A DNA stretch of 64,000 nucleotides, from positions 8,535 to 72,534 of the forward strand of contig CAVUYL010000011.1 of NCBI GenBank assembly GCA_963745705.1, in the 5' to 3' direction. Position 1 is the stretch's first letter; every line of letters starts with the position of its first letter. This document shows, piece by piece, positions 20,966-31,059 of the stretch. This DNA comes from an uncultured Gammaproteobacteria bacterium. GTDB taxonomy: Bacteria > Pseudomonadota > Gammaproteobacteria > Steroidobacterales > Steroidobacteraceae. The notes beneath the pieces were generated by a model. That model was not told the origin of the DNA. It worked only from the letters and a program-made list of their open reading frames with translations, and did no database searches. The position numbers and the translations under genes were made by a program.

Positions 20966-21861
20966 ATGCGCGGCTTGCGACACACCGATTACTGTAGGCG
21001 CGTTGCGTCCTTGAGTATCTTTGCGGCCCTCGCAGCTATCTGTCTGGTCGACTCGTGCCGCGGGGCGGGTGTGCTGGATCGCACGGACCGGTTGCCGGGG
21101 CGGAGCGGTTGATCCTGCTCAATGCACCGCCATCATGTTGGTTGTCGTCGTGCCCGTAATCGTGCTCACGCTGGCATTTGCATGGTGGTATCGCGCGTCC
21201 AACAAGCGAGCCACCTACTCACCGGACTGGAGCTATTCCGGTCACATCGAGCTGGTGGTCTGGTCGATACCGGCGATGGTGGTGATTTTGCTGGCGGCCG
21301 TCGCATGGATCGGCTCGCATGAGCTGGATCCTCCGCGCAAGCTCAAGTCCGATGCGAAGCCGGTCAGAATCGAGGTCGTATCGCTGGATTGGAAATGGCT
21401 GTTCATCTATCCGGACTGCAGGAGTGGCGGCGGTCAACGAGCTGGTTGTGCCCGGCGGAGTACGCCGGTCGAGTTCGTACTGACCTCGGCACCGTGTCAT
21501 GAACGCCTTCTTCGTGCCGCAGCTCGGCAGCCAGATCTACACCATGCCGGGCATGACGACGCGCCTGAATCTGATGGCCGATACATCCTGGCGACTATCG
21601 CGGGCCTGTCCTCGCATTTCAGCGGCGATGGCTTCTCCGACATGCGGTTCGTCGTGCACGCGGTGTCCGGCGGCGGAATTCGTGGGCTGGCTGGAGCGCG
21701 CAGCGCACGGCGCGGGCCCGACGCTGGATGCGCAACGCCTACGCGCAGCTGGCGCGAGCCGAGCAACGACGGTCCGTGCAAACCTACCGCCGCGTCGACC
21801 CCGGCCTCTTCGAGCACATCGTAGCGCAAAGCCATGCGCGCAGCCGCCCGCCGGCCCCTGA
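20966..21861 (+). pseudogene. cyoA: cytochrome bo3 ubiquinol oxidase subunit II, multiply frameshifted
   Basis: CyoA-like segments appear in three frames: MRGLRH...ICLVDSC, GPVAGAERLILLNA, AIMLVVVVPVIVLTLAFAWWYRASNKRATYSPDWSYS...[42 protein letters not shown] and [16 protein letters not shown]. There are at least 5 frame changes. Confidence 0.8.
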
Positions 21862-21872
21862 CGGAGGACTGA

Positions 21873-23850
21873 ATGTTGGGCAAGCTAAGCTGGGCGGCGA
21901 TTCCCTTCGATGAGCCGATACCGATGGCGGCATCGCTCGTTGATGATCTGTCGGTGTGTTCGGCGTTCTGGCTGTCTGGTCACGTGCAAGGGATGGTGGC
22001 CCTACCTGTGGCGCGAGTGGCTGACGAGCGTCGACCACAAGCGGATCGGCGTGATGTACATCCTGCTGGCGCTGGTGCATGCTGCTGCGCGGCTTCATCG
22101 ACGCCATCATGATGCGCTCGCAGCTGGCCATCGCCGCGGGCGGCGCGCAGGGCTACCTGCCGCCGGAGCACTACGACCAGATCTTCTCGGCTCACGGCAC
22201 CATCATGATCTTCTTCATGGCGATGCCCTTCATGGTCGGGCTGATGAACTTCGTCGTGCCGCTGCAGCTCGGCGTGCGCGACGTGGCGTTCCCGGTGCTG
22301 AACGCCATCAGCTTCTGGCTGACTGCGTCGGGCGCGCTGCTGGTGAATGTGTCGCTGGTGGTCGGCGAGTTCGCCCGGACCGGATGGCTCGCCTATCCGC
22401 CGCTGTCGGAACTGCATTCTCGCCCGGTGTCGGGGTCGATTATTATCTGTGGTCGTTGGAGATTTCGGGCATCGGTACACTGCTGGCCGGCATCAACATG
22501 GTGACGACCATCTTGAAACTGCGCGCGCCGGGCATGACCTACATGCGCATGCCGGTATTTTGCTGGACCGTCGCTGTGCTCCAGCATGTTGATCGTGGCC
22601 GCCTTTCCGATCCTCACCGCGACCTTCGGCATGCTGCTGCTCGACCGTTATGCGGCATGCACTTCTTCACCAACGACGGCGGCGGCAATCTGATGATGTA
22701 CATCAATCTGATCTGGATCTGGGGCCACCCGGAGGTCTACATCCTGATGCTGCCGGCCTTCGGAATCTTCTCCGAGGTGATCGCGACCTTCGCCGGCAAG
22801 CAGCTGTTCGGCTATCGCTCCATGGTGCTGGCGACACTCGCCATCTGCGTGCTGTCTTTCATGGTGTGGCTGCATCACTTCTTCACCATGGGCGCCGGCG
22901 CGGATGTCAATGCCTTCTTCGGCATCATGTCGATGATCATCGCCATCCCCACGGGCGTGAAGCTATTCAATTGGCTGTTCACCCTCTACCGGGGCCGCAT
23001 CCGCTTCGAGGTGCCGGTGCTCTGGGCCATCGGCTTCATGGTGACCTTCGTCATCGGCGGGATGACCGGCGTGCTGCTGGCGGTGCCGCCCGCCGACTTC
23101 GTGCTGCACAACAGTCTGTTCCTGGTCGCGCATTTCCACAACGTGATCATCGGCGCCGTCGCTGTTCGGCGCCATGGCCGGCTACAACTACTGGTTTCCG
23201 AAGGCGTTCGGGTTCACCCTCGACCGGCGGCTGGGCAAGGTCAGCTTCTGGTGCTGGCTCGTCGGCTTCTATCTGGCGTTCATGCCGCTCTACGCCCTCG
23301 GGCTCCTCGGCATGACGCGACGTATGCAGCACTACGCGGACTGTGACCTGGCAGCCGTATCTGATCGTCGCGGAGGTCGGAGCGATCGTCATCCTCTGCG
23401 GCATCGTCGCGACGATCGCGCAGCTCGTGGTGAGCATCCGCACGCGCGAGCAGCGTCGCGACTTCACCGGCGACCCCTGGAACGGCAGAACTCTGGAATG
23501 GTCCACCACCTCGCCGCCGCCGTCCTACAACTTCGCCGTATTGCCGCGGGTCGAGTCGCTGGATGCCTTCTGGGTCATGAAGCAACGCGGGCCCGTCGCG
23601 CCGCCTGAGCATTACGAATCCATCGAGGTGCCGCGCAATAGCCCGAACGGATTTGTCACCGCCTTCTTTGCGGTGGTCACGGGCTTCGCCCTGATCTGGC
23701 ATATCTGGTGGATGGCGATCGCGGGTCTCGCCTGCGCCGCTGCTGACGTTGCTCGTCTTTGGCTGGGTGGAGCGTCACGAGGATGAGGTGTCGGGAGAAC
23801 AATTGGCCGATGCCGAGCGCACGCGGTTGCGAGTGGCGGCTCCCCCATGA
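21873..23850 (+). pseudogene. cyoB: cytochrome bo3 ubiquinol oxidase subunit I, multiply frameshifted
   Basis: Near-complete CyoB similarity split over all three frames, with about 9 frame changes. Examples: MLGKLSWAAIPFDEPIPM; [27 protein letters not shown]; [15 protein letters not shown]...[10 protein letters not shown]; [49 protein letters not shown]; FFTNDGGGNLMMYINLIWIWGHPEVYILMLPAFGIF...HFHNVIIG; [14 protein letters not shown]...[18 protein letters not shown]; [23 protein letters not shown]. Confidence 0.85.
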
Positions 23851-24479
23851 GTGCGCAGATGGGCACTGCGGAGCTCCCCGGACTGGGCACGACGATGGCG
23901 CGGGGCGGTGAGGGGCCGGCGCCGGTGCGAATCGTCGTCGGCTATGGTTTTTGGATCTTCCTGCTCTCCGACATCATCATGTTCTCGGCGCTGTTCGCCT
24001 CCTACGCGGTGCTGTCCGGACAGACAGCCGGGGGACCCTCGGGCCGCGAGCTGTTTGAGCTGCGCCACGTCGGCGTTGAGACGCTCTGTCTGCTGTTCTC
24101 AAGCTACACCTGCGGGCTTGGCCTCCTGGCCATCGAGCGGCGCCAGCTGCGGGGTTTCTATCTTGCCTTCGCGTTGACGTTCGTGCTCGGCGCCACGTTC
24201 CTGGGGTTGGAAATCAGCGAATTCGTCGGCCTGGTGGCGCGCGGTGCCGGCCCATCGCGCAGCGCCTTCCTATCGGCCTTTTTTAGTCTCGTCGGTTTGC
24301 ACGGCGCGCATGTCACCGCCGGACTCCTGTGGCTCAGCTTTATGGTGGCGCAAACCGCGGCGCGGGGACCCCGCGACTTCGTGCGCCGCCGGCTGCTCTG
24401 TTTCAGCCTCTTCTGGCACGCACTCGATATCATCTGGGTGGGGCTGCTGACCTTGGTGTATCTCATGGGGGCGCGATGA
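23847..24479 (+). CDS. cyoC: cytochrome bo3 ubiquinol oxidase subunit III (intact)
   Basis: 210-aa uninterrupted ORF with the CyoC pattern (FWIFLLSDIIMFSALFASYAVL, FSLFWHALDIIWVGLLTLVYLMG). Confidence 0.9.
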   Translation: MSAQMGTAELPGLGTTMARGGEGPAPVRIVVGYGFWIFLLSDIIMFSALFASYAVLSGQTAGGPSGRELFELRHVGVETLCLLFSSYTCGLGLLAIERRQLRGFYLAFALTFVLGATFLGLEISEFVGLVARGAGPSRSAFLSAFFSLVGLHGAHVTAGLLWLSFMVAQTAARGPRDFVRRRLLCFSLFWHALDIIWVGLLTLVYLMGAR

Positions 24480-24844
24480 TGGAAAGAACATGCGCGGCAA
24501 CCGGGCGGATGAGAAAAGAGTCCTCCGGCAGCATTCTTACCTACACCGTGGGACTCGCCTTCGCTTTGCTGCTGACCGCCGCATCCTTCATCGTCTCGCA
24601 AACCGATCTCCTCTGGGCGCCGGGCGTACCGGCCGGGCTTGCCGTGCTCGCCATCGCTCAGATGGGAGTTCACCTGGTGTTCTTCCTCCACATCAGTACC
24701 GGGCCGGACAACACCAACAACGTGCTCGCGCTTGCCTTCGGCGTCCTCATCGCCGTGCTCATTGTCGGCGGGTCGCTCTGGATCATGGCCAACCTCAACG
24801 CGAACATGCTGCCCGCGTCGGCTATCATGGAAATGCAGCGGTAG
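24476..24844 (+). CDS. cyoD: cytochrome bo3 ubiquinol oxidase subunit IV (intact)
   Basis: ATGA overlap with cyoC. 122 aa, 3 TM, with the QMGVHLVFFLH motif. Confidence 0.85.
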   Translation: MMERTCAATGRMRKESSGSILTYTVGLAFALLLTAASFIVSQTDLLWAPGVPAGLAVLAIAQMGVHLVFFLHISTGPDNTNNVLALAFGVLIAVLIVGGSLWIMANLNANMLPASAIMEMQR

Positions 24845-24859
24845 TTGAAAGGACGCCCG

Positions 24860-26077
24860 CTACTGCGGCCCGGGGCACTTCGGAATTGAACCCGGCAGAG
24901 TCAGCGACGCCCGGAAGGATCGTTGCAGCAGTCCCTCCGGTGTGGTCCACAACTCGCCGCGCATCGCACAGTCTGCGCCGAAGTTGAACAAGGCGCGCAT
25001 GCGTTCGGGCTTGAGATCGAGCAGACCGTTGAACGGATAGTCGTCGGGGATCGCCGTGACGTTCATGTGCATATCGTTTCTGGTGGCGAGAGCGAGCGTG
25101 GCAAGGACGGCACCCCGAGTGCTGCTGTGGAGCGAAGCCTGGATTCCTCGTTTTGCGATCGCAGTTGTCCTGACTCGCGTCGTGATGGTTGGCGCGCCGT
25201 ATTGGCCGTTTGCAATGACGTAGATATTGGCTCCCCGCAGGCCCCCCAGTCGATCGGGCAAGATGGAGGCGATCTCCGGAGCAATGAACATCGACGCCGT
25301 GGTACTGCCGTCCACGTGCATTTCCTCGAGAATGGTGCCGGATGTCTCCACCGGAATCATGACGGGCGGAAACAGCCCCGGAATGCTGGCGGACGCAATG
25401 AGCACCTGGCGGAACAGCTTGAGCGCCGCCGGGCCACCTTGCAGGGCAATGGCGCCCATATCCCAGATCACACTGCGCTCGCTGTCAAGATCGGTCGTTG
25501 CTATCAGGAGCAGCCGGCCCTTGGCGGCCTCAACCGCCACGGCGCGCAGCATCTCCTCGGTCGCGTAATGGTTCACGAGATCGGCCAGCGGCTTGCCCTT
25601 GAAGATGCTCGACCCGAAGAGCAGGCCGGTCAAACTGAACTGCACCAGTTTGGCCGACCTTTGCCCGGAAAATGATTCCGTCAGCGGTCCATCCCATGCC
25701 GGTCCCAGGAATGCGAAAGGCGCCGTCAGCGCACCGGCACTCACTCCTGTGACGACATGAAAGTGCGGACGAGTACCCGCCGTGCTTAAGCCCGCGAGTG
25801 CACCGGCGCCGAACGCCGCTCCGGCACCGCCGCCCGACAGCGCAAGAACGTTCACCACGCCTCCCCCGGCAGCCGACCTGACCCGGCTGATGTAGCGCTG
25901 TGAATCCTTCTCAAAAGAGACGCGATCCTCGGTTACGGTTCGCACGGTCTCCGGAAAACCGGCGGGCGGTGCCGTGTCATACCAATAGATCGGATGCTCG
26001 CGGCGGGCGGGCCCCGCACAGGCCGCGATTGACAGCGCGGCAAACATGAGACATGCCCCGCGTAGCCGCTTGCGCAT
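24860..26077 (-). CDS. patatin-like phospholipase, lipoprotein
   Basis: Lipobox LSIAAC, oxyanion GGGAGAAFGAG, nucleophile GVSAG and a catalytic DGS region. Confidence 0.9.
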   Translation of the reverse strand: MRKRLRGACLMFAALSIAACAGPARREHPIYWYDTAPPAGFPETVRTVTEDRVSFEKDSQRYISRVRSAAGGGVVNVLALSGGGAGAAFGAGALAGLSTAGTRPHFHVVTGVSAGALTAPFAFLGPAWDGPLTESFSGQRSAKLVQFSLTGLLFGSSIFKGKPLADLVNHYATEEMLRAVAVEAAKGRLLLIATTDLDSERSVIWDMGAIALQGGPAALKLFRQVLIASASIPGLFPPVMIPVETSGTILEEMHVDGSTTASMFIAPEIASILPDRLGGLRGANIYVIANGQYGAPTITTRVRTTAIAKRGIQASLHSSTRGAVLATLALATRNDMHMNVTAIPDDYPFNGLLDLKPERMRALFNFGADCAMRGELWTTPEGLLQRSFRASLTLPGSIPKCPGPQ

Positions 26078-26115
26078 GATGATACCCCATGGCCCGCACT
26101 GCTATTGCTGCGGAG

Positions 26116-26682
26116 TCATCGCGATTTGTTCCCGGATCCGAATTCGGGAAGCATTCTAGCGAGGACGTCGTCCTTGTTCCAGAAGTGATGCTTGATTGCC
26201 GCAACAACGTGCAGCGAGGCGATCGCAAACAGAGCGTCGCTCAATAGGTGGTGCAGCGCTCTGAAGTAGTTGAACGCGGCTTCGTTCGGTGCAATGAGGT
26301 TTGGCCAGGTGAAAGCCCCGAACCAGCTGACCGAGTAATTCTTGGCGGACGACATGAGCCAGCCGCTCAACGGCATCGCGAAAAGCAGCACGTAGAAGCA
26401 GAGGTGCGTGGCGCGAGCCAGGAGGCGTTCGACACGGTGCATGTCCGCGGGCAGCGGCGGCGGCCGGTTGTTGAGCCGCCATGCGAGACGGATCGCCGCC
26501 AGCATCAACACCGTCATTCCAAAGCTCTTGTGCTCCGCCAGCAGCGCGAGTTTGCGCGCTCCCAGCGGCAAATGAGCGGCCATCCTGGCGAGTACGAACT
26601 GGACCACGATGAGCAGGGCTATCAGCCAGTGAAGTACCTGCGCCGTGGCGCCGTAGCGGCGCCACGTCTTTGGTTCGTTCAT
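26116..26682 (-). CDS. cytochrome b561 (CybB family)
   Basis: Four TM helices with conserved His residues (QVLHWLIALL, EHKSFG, HHLLSD). Classic pairing with a downstream YceI gene. Confidence 0.9.
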   Translation of the reverse strand: MNEPKTWRRYGATAQVLHWLIALLIVVQFVLARMAAHLPLGARKLALLAEHKSFGMTVLMLAAIRLAWRLNNRPPPLPADMHRVERLLARATHLCFYVLLFAMPLSGWLMSSAKNYSVSWFGAFTWPNLIAPNEAAFNYFRALHHLLSDALFAIASLHVVAAIKHHFWNKDDVLARMLPEFGSGNKSR

Positions 26683-26713
26683 GGGTTGGGTCTCGAGTGA
26701 CCGATCGAAACCC

Positions 26714-27290
26714 TTAGTTCACCTTGATTCCTTCGACCTGTATGCGCAGCAGCACATCTTGCTTGAATCCGTACTGTTGTCCGTAGTTCACACCGAAGTC
26801 GGCGCGGTTGAAGGTGCCGCTGGCATCTGCTCCGCAGACCTGCTTCTTGAGCATGGGATTCTGAAAGCACTTGAAGGAATTGATGGTGAGCGTCACGGGC
26901 TTCGTGACGCCATGAAGTGTCAGGTCGCCAGAAATCGTTTTCGGGGCGGCGCCGACGAATTCAACGAACTTCCCCTTGTACTCTGCGGTCGGGTATTTCG
27001 CCACATCGAGCATCTCGGGGCTCGATACATGCTCGTTGAGCTTGTCGTGTGCGAAATCGATCGTTGCGGTGTCGATCACGACATCGACGGTTCCCGTCTT
27101 GGCCGCCGTATCGATCTGTGACGGTGCCGGTGGTCTTCTTGAACGTGCCTCGCCAGATGGACACGCCGCCGAAATGGTCCACCTCGAAGCTGGGGTGGGT
27201 GTGGTCCGGGTCCACATTGTAAGTAGTGGATGCGGCGGTCGCCGATGTGATTCCCAAGACCAGGAGCAGCAGCGCGTAGTTGTGTTTCAT
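26714..27290 (-). pseudogene. yceI: YceI-family periplasmic polyisoprenoid-binding protein with a single +1 frameshift
   Basis: N-terminus ([13 protein letters not shown]...[20 protein letters not shown]) and C-terminus ([21 protein letters not shown]...ISGDLTLHGVTKPV...) lie in different frames and join at about 27118. An extra G in ACA-G-ATC breaks the frame. The span is 3n+1 nt long. Confidence 0.8.
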
Positions 27291-27316
27291 AAGTGTCCTT
27301 GTAGAGTTTAGTGAGT

Positions 27317-28167
27317 TTAAGTTGCCAGCGGAGCAACCCAGCGGCCACGAGTTGATTGCCGATGCGTCGAATCTCCGATTCTCCCGCGACGAAGAGCCGC
27401 CGAGTCGTGTGAACCGAGTAGTGGCCGAGCACCAGCGTCGTGCGGATGTTTCGCCGCGGAACCGAGAACGAACCTCGATGCACTGTCTGCCTGAATGACA
27501 AGGGCGTCGCTGGACTCCTCGAACACCACCAATTCGCCTGCGGAAACGGGTTCCGGTGTGCGTAGGGTCCCGTCGGAGACAGCGAGCCAGGCAACTTCGT
27601 GACCCAACGGTGGCTGATAGATCCACCGTTCGCCCGCCGCGAGTTGAACGTCCAGATAGTTGATGCCCTCGGAGCGCGCGAATCGCGCTCTTGGCACGAC
27701 CATAGGAGCCCAAGATGACCCGCGCGGGCTTCTCCTCGGGCACTTCGTCCGCAGACAAGTATTGGCTTTGGCATGGGCGCGTTCTCGAGTTCCTCCGGCA
27801 ACGCGATCCACAACTGAAAGCCTCTTTGCGTGTGCCAAGGCGGACCCGGTATGCCACACGCCGCGGCCGGCGCGCATCCATTCAACGCCGCCGGCGGCAA
27901 GCATTCCCTTTGACGCCGGTGGTCTCTTGATACTCGATCGCACCCTCATGAACGACGGTGAGCGTGGCAATTCCAGAATGGGGATGCCAGCCGAAGTTCG
28001 GGCCGCTCGCTGCGGAGATGTCGAAAAGATCCAGGAACACGAATGGCTTGATGAGCTCGCCGATATCCGACGGGCTGACCAGCCGCGTGATGGGTCCGTG
28101 CCGTCGCCCTCGGGTCCGTAGCACAATAGGGCGCTCGCGCGACGCGACGCCTTCAATACGCGCTCAT
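27317..28167 (-). pseudogene. pirin-family protein, multiply frameshifted
   Basis: Pirin segments occur in three frames: ERPIVLRTRGRRHGPITRLV...WHPHSGIATLTVVHEGAIEYQETTG; [21 protein letters not shown]; [11 protein letters not shown]; [20 protein letters not shown]...; VLGHYSVHT...ESEIRRIG. The ATG at 28167 overlaps the azoR stop (ATGA). The 3-prime end is uncertain. Confidence 0.75.
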
Positions 28168-28780
28168 GCCGCCATCGCCGCGATGTTCGCGCGCGCCTTC
28201 AACATGGCGGCCTCTTTGGCTTCCGCTCCGAACGCAAGTCCCTCCGCCCGGACGATCGTGACATCCGTCAACCCAATGAAGGACAGCACGCCGGTGAGGT
28301 AGCTCTCATGATGCTCGAAGGCCGCCGCGGGAGAGCCCGGCGGCATAGACGTTGCCGCGAGAGGAAGCGATGAAGACTTTCTTGTTCTTGGATAGCAATC
28401 CTTCCGCACCATTCGCGCCGTAGCGGAATGTTTTGCCGGCGACGACCACGCGGTCGATCCACGCTTTGAGCTGGCTGGGAATGGAAAAGTTATACATCGG
28501 GGCGCCGATCACGATGATGTCGGCAGTCAAAGAGCTCCTCCAAGTAGGCGCCGCCCTTCGCCAAGTCGGCAACCCAAGAGTCGTCATCCTCAACCGCGCC
28601 GCCCTGCCAGGCAGCCAGATGTGCCGGACGATAGGTGCAGCGCCGCATCCGCCGCCAAATCCCGGTGCACGACGTTGATGCCCGGCTGCAGCGCAACCTG
28701 TTTCGCGACGATTTCCGCCGAGAGTGCGCGGCTTGCCGAGTGGGGCCCAGAACGCTGGAATCGATGTGAAGGAGCTGCAT
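28164..28780 (-). pseudogene. azoR: FMN-dependent NADH-azoreductase, frameshifted
   Basis: [48 protein letters not shown] and [29 protein letters not shown] lie in three different frames. The span is 3n+2 nt long. Confidence 0.75.
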
Positions 28781-28902
28781 GACCGTGTGCCTCGTTGGCT
28801 AAGAACGAAACTGGGGTGTATGCTGCGCCTGCGAATCTCCTATGAATAGCCGTTATATTGCGATACTATCCATCTGAATATCCGATACATAGGGGGCAAA
28901 TC

Positions 28903-29861
28903 ATGCTGGATGGCGTCTCTTTGGACCAGTTGCGGGCCTTCATCGCCGCAGTCGATGAGGGCAGCTTTTCTGCCGGTGCACGCAGACTGCGTCGTGCGCA
29001 ATCTGCGGTCAGCGAACTCGTCAGTAACCTCGAAGCGCAAATCGGTGTCGTTCTTTTCGATCGCTCCGAGCGCTATCCCAAGCTCACACCCGCCGGCGTT
29101 CTGCTTGGTTGCCGATGCGCGCAGCGTCGTGGCCAACGTCGATCTGCTCAAGGCTCGCGCCAAGGGAATTTCCTCCGGACTCGAGTCGGAACTCTCGGCC
29201 GTCGTTGACGTGCTTTTCCCGATTGAAGCGATCGCTGAATCGGCCAGGGAATTCAGGGACCGATTTCCGCGCACGCCTTTGCGGCTGTACGTCGAAGCGC
29301 TCGGCGGCGCCTACAAACCCGTGCTCGACGGCCGTTGCAGCTTGGGCGTCGTGGGGTCCTTGCCGGATCGTACCGGACTCCATGACCCTGGAACGGCTGC
29401 AGGGGGTCGAGATGATCATGGTCGCGGCGCGCGAACATCCCCTCGCGGCGCTCCAGGGTGTCGTTCCAAAAACGGAACTCGCCAAACACGTGCAGCTGGT
29501 ATTGACGGATCGATCCGATCTGACGGCGGGGCGCGAGTTCGGGGTGATGTCGCCGCTCACCTGGCGATTGGGCGATTTATTTGCCAAGCACGCGTTTCTC
29601 CTCAAGGGCCTCGGTTGGGGCGGCATGCCGATGCACGCGGTGAAGCGCGATCTGTTGGAAGGCCGCCTCGTGAAGTTGTCGATCGAAGATTTGCCGGAGG
29701 AGGGTCTGATCCTGCCGATGTCGGCCGTTTATCTCACGGCGAAACCCCCCGGACCTGCGGGTCGCTGGCTCATCGAGCGCCTGCGGCAGTGTCGCAAGCA
29801 GCGTGCGGCGCCGGAGGGAGTTGCACTTCCCCGCCAACACGAGACGCTGGTGGCGATTTAA
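28903..29861 (+). pseudogene. LysR-family regulator, frameshifted, divergent from azoR-pirin
   Basis: The HTH (MLDGVSLDQLRAFIAAVDEGSFSAGARRLRRAQSAVSELV), the middle (ADARSVVANVDLLKARAKGISSGLESELSAVVDVLFP...) and the C-terminus (MTLERLQGVEMIMVAAREHPLA...WGGMPMHAVKRDLLEGRLV) lie in three frames. Confidence 0.75.
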
Positions 29862-29902
29862 CTGCGCGCCGCATAGGCCGGCATTGCCGGGACGTGAGGC
29901 GG

Positions 29903-30895
29903 CTATTTCGGCGCGGCCACCAAAATTTCGAAGCCGCTCGCGCCCATCGCCGGCACATAGATCCGATGGGTCGCCGCATCCAGCGCCATCGTCTTCGCTC
30001 CGTTCGCCGTAGCGAGGCTACCCTTCACCGCAAAATGGCCGCCGCCGTCTTCGGTTACGACGGTCACGTCCGCGCTGTCTCCGTTGGAACTGAACACGAG
30101 CGAGGTGGAGGGGTCGAACGCCGCGGCATCGACGTGCTTGCCGATCGGCAACTCGGCGACGCGCGAACCGGTCACGCTGTCCGTCACGATCAGACGCTCG
30201 TTGTGGCACACCGAAAACAGACGGTGTCGCGCCGCGTCGAGGGCAATGCCGGTGGGCTCCAAGCAGGGCGCGAGCGACCACGTGGACTGTACGCTGCCCT
30301 TGGCCACATCGATCACCGCGATCAGCCCCTTATCCTCGATATTGACGAAGATGCGTCCGGCGCCGTCGGTGACTGCGAATTCCGGCCCACCGGGCAAGGC
30401 GATACTGCCAACTTCCCGGGCCGTACCCGCATCGATGACCGTTGCGTTGTCGCTGTGACCATTGAACGTATAGATCCTCTTGCTGGGCGCATCGTAGATG
30501 ATGGCATCGGGATCCTTGCCGGAGATTTTGATCTCCGTGATGGGCGCGAGCGACTTTAGATCGAACACCGTCACCGAATCTCCCTTGCCGTTGCTCGTGA
30601 AGCCACGGTTGAGGTCGTATGCGAGAGCGATGCCGTGCACGCCGGGCGTGTTGGCGATATCGCCGGCGGCTTTGCCCGATTCGAGATCGAACACCTGCAC
30701 ATGCGTCGCGCGCGAGACGAACAAACGATGCTGTGCTGAGTCGACGATCAGGTAGTCCCACTTTCCGGCGCCCCCGACCGGCCACCGGCCAACGATGCTG
30801 TAACCGCTGTCGCCTGCGGCAAGGACCGCAGTCGAAAGAGCGAGCCCGAGAAAGCTCGCTGCGCTGAATGCGCGGCTCTGCGTGGAAAGAGTCAT
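29903..30895 (-). CDS. yncE: YncE-like seven-bladed beta-propeller (YVTN repeat) periplasmic protein
   Basis: Signal peptide then repeated YVTN-type blades (RLFVSRATHVQVFD, RIYTFNGHSDNATVID, RIFVNIEDKGLIAVID, RLFSVCHNERLIVTD...). Start at MTLSTQ (30895). Confidence 0.8.
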   Translation of the reverse strand: MTLSTQSRAFSAASFLGLALSTAVLAAGDSGYSIVGRWPVGGAGKWDYLIVDSAQHRLFVSRATHVQVFDLESGKAAGDIANTPGVHGIALAYDLNRGFTSNGKGDSVTVFDLKSLAPITEIKISGKDPDAIIYDAPSKRIYTFNGHSDNATVIDAGTAREVGSIALPGGPEFAVTDGAGRIFVNIEDKGLIAVIDVAKGSVQSTWSLAPCLEPTGIALDAARHRLFSVCHNERLIVTDSVTGSRVAELPIGKHVDAAAFDPSTSLVFSSNGDSADVTVVTEDGGGHFAVKGSLATANGAKTMALDAATHRIYVPAMGASGFEILVAAPK

Positions 30896-31059
30896 GTGTT
30901 CGAACTCCGTGACGATGCGGGGGCGGCCCAACGCTACGCACTCGGTTGGTTCAACGCAACGGACGTGGAGCTCTGCAGTGAAAGATTTTTCGGTGTAAGA
31001 AAATGGCAACGTTGACTGTCTACGCTGTCGAGTCCAACGCCAGCATGCGGAGGGTCGAA

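Noticed and set aside
20966-29861. Programmed ribosomal frameshifting as an explanation for the broken reading frames
   Set aside because: There are far too many frame changes per gene, in both directions, with no slippery heptamers at the junctions I inspected. Indels, whether real or artefactual, are the simpler explanation.
28910-30559. 549-aa plus-strand ORF
   Set aside because: It is a composite: its 5-prime part is one frame of the frameshifted LysR gene, and the remainder is antisense to the YncE-like gene.
30896-31059. Possible riboswitch or Fur box upstream of the TonB-dependent receptor (also 49282-49367 for the second receptor)
   Set aside because: I found no B12-box (GCCACTG-like) sequence and no AT-rich Fur-type dyad by eye. 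I cannot support either call without a covariance-model or PWM scan.
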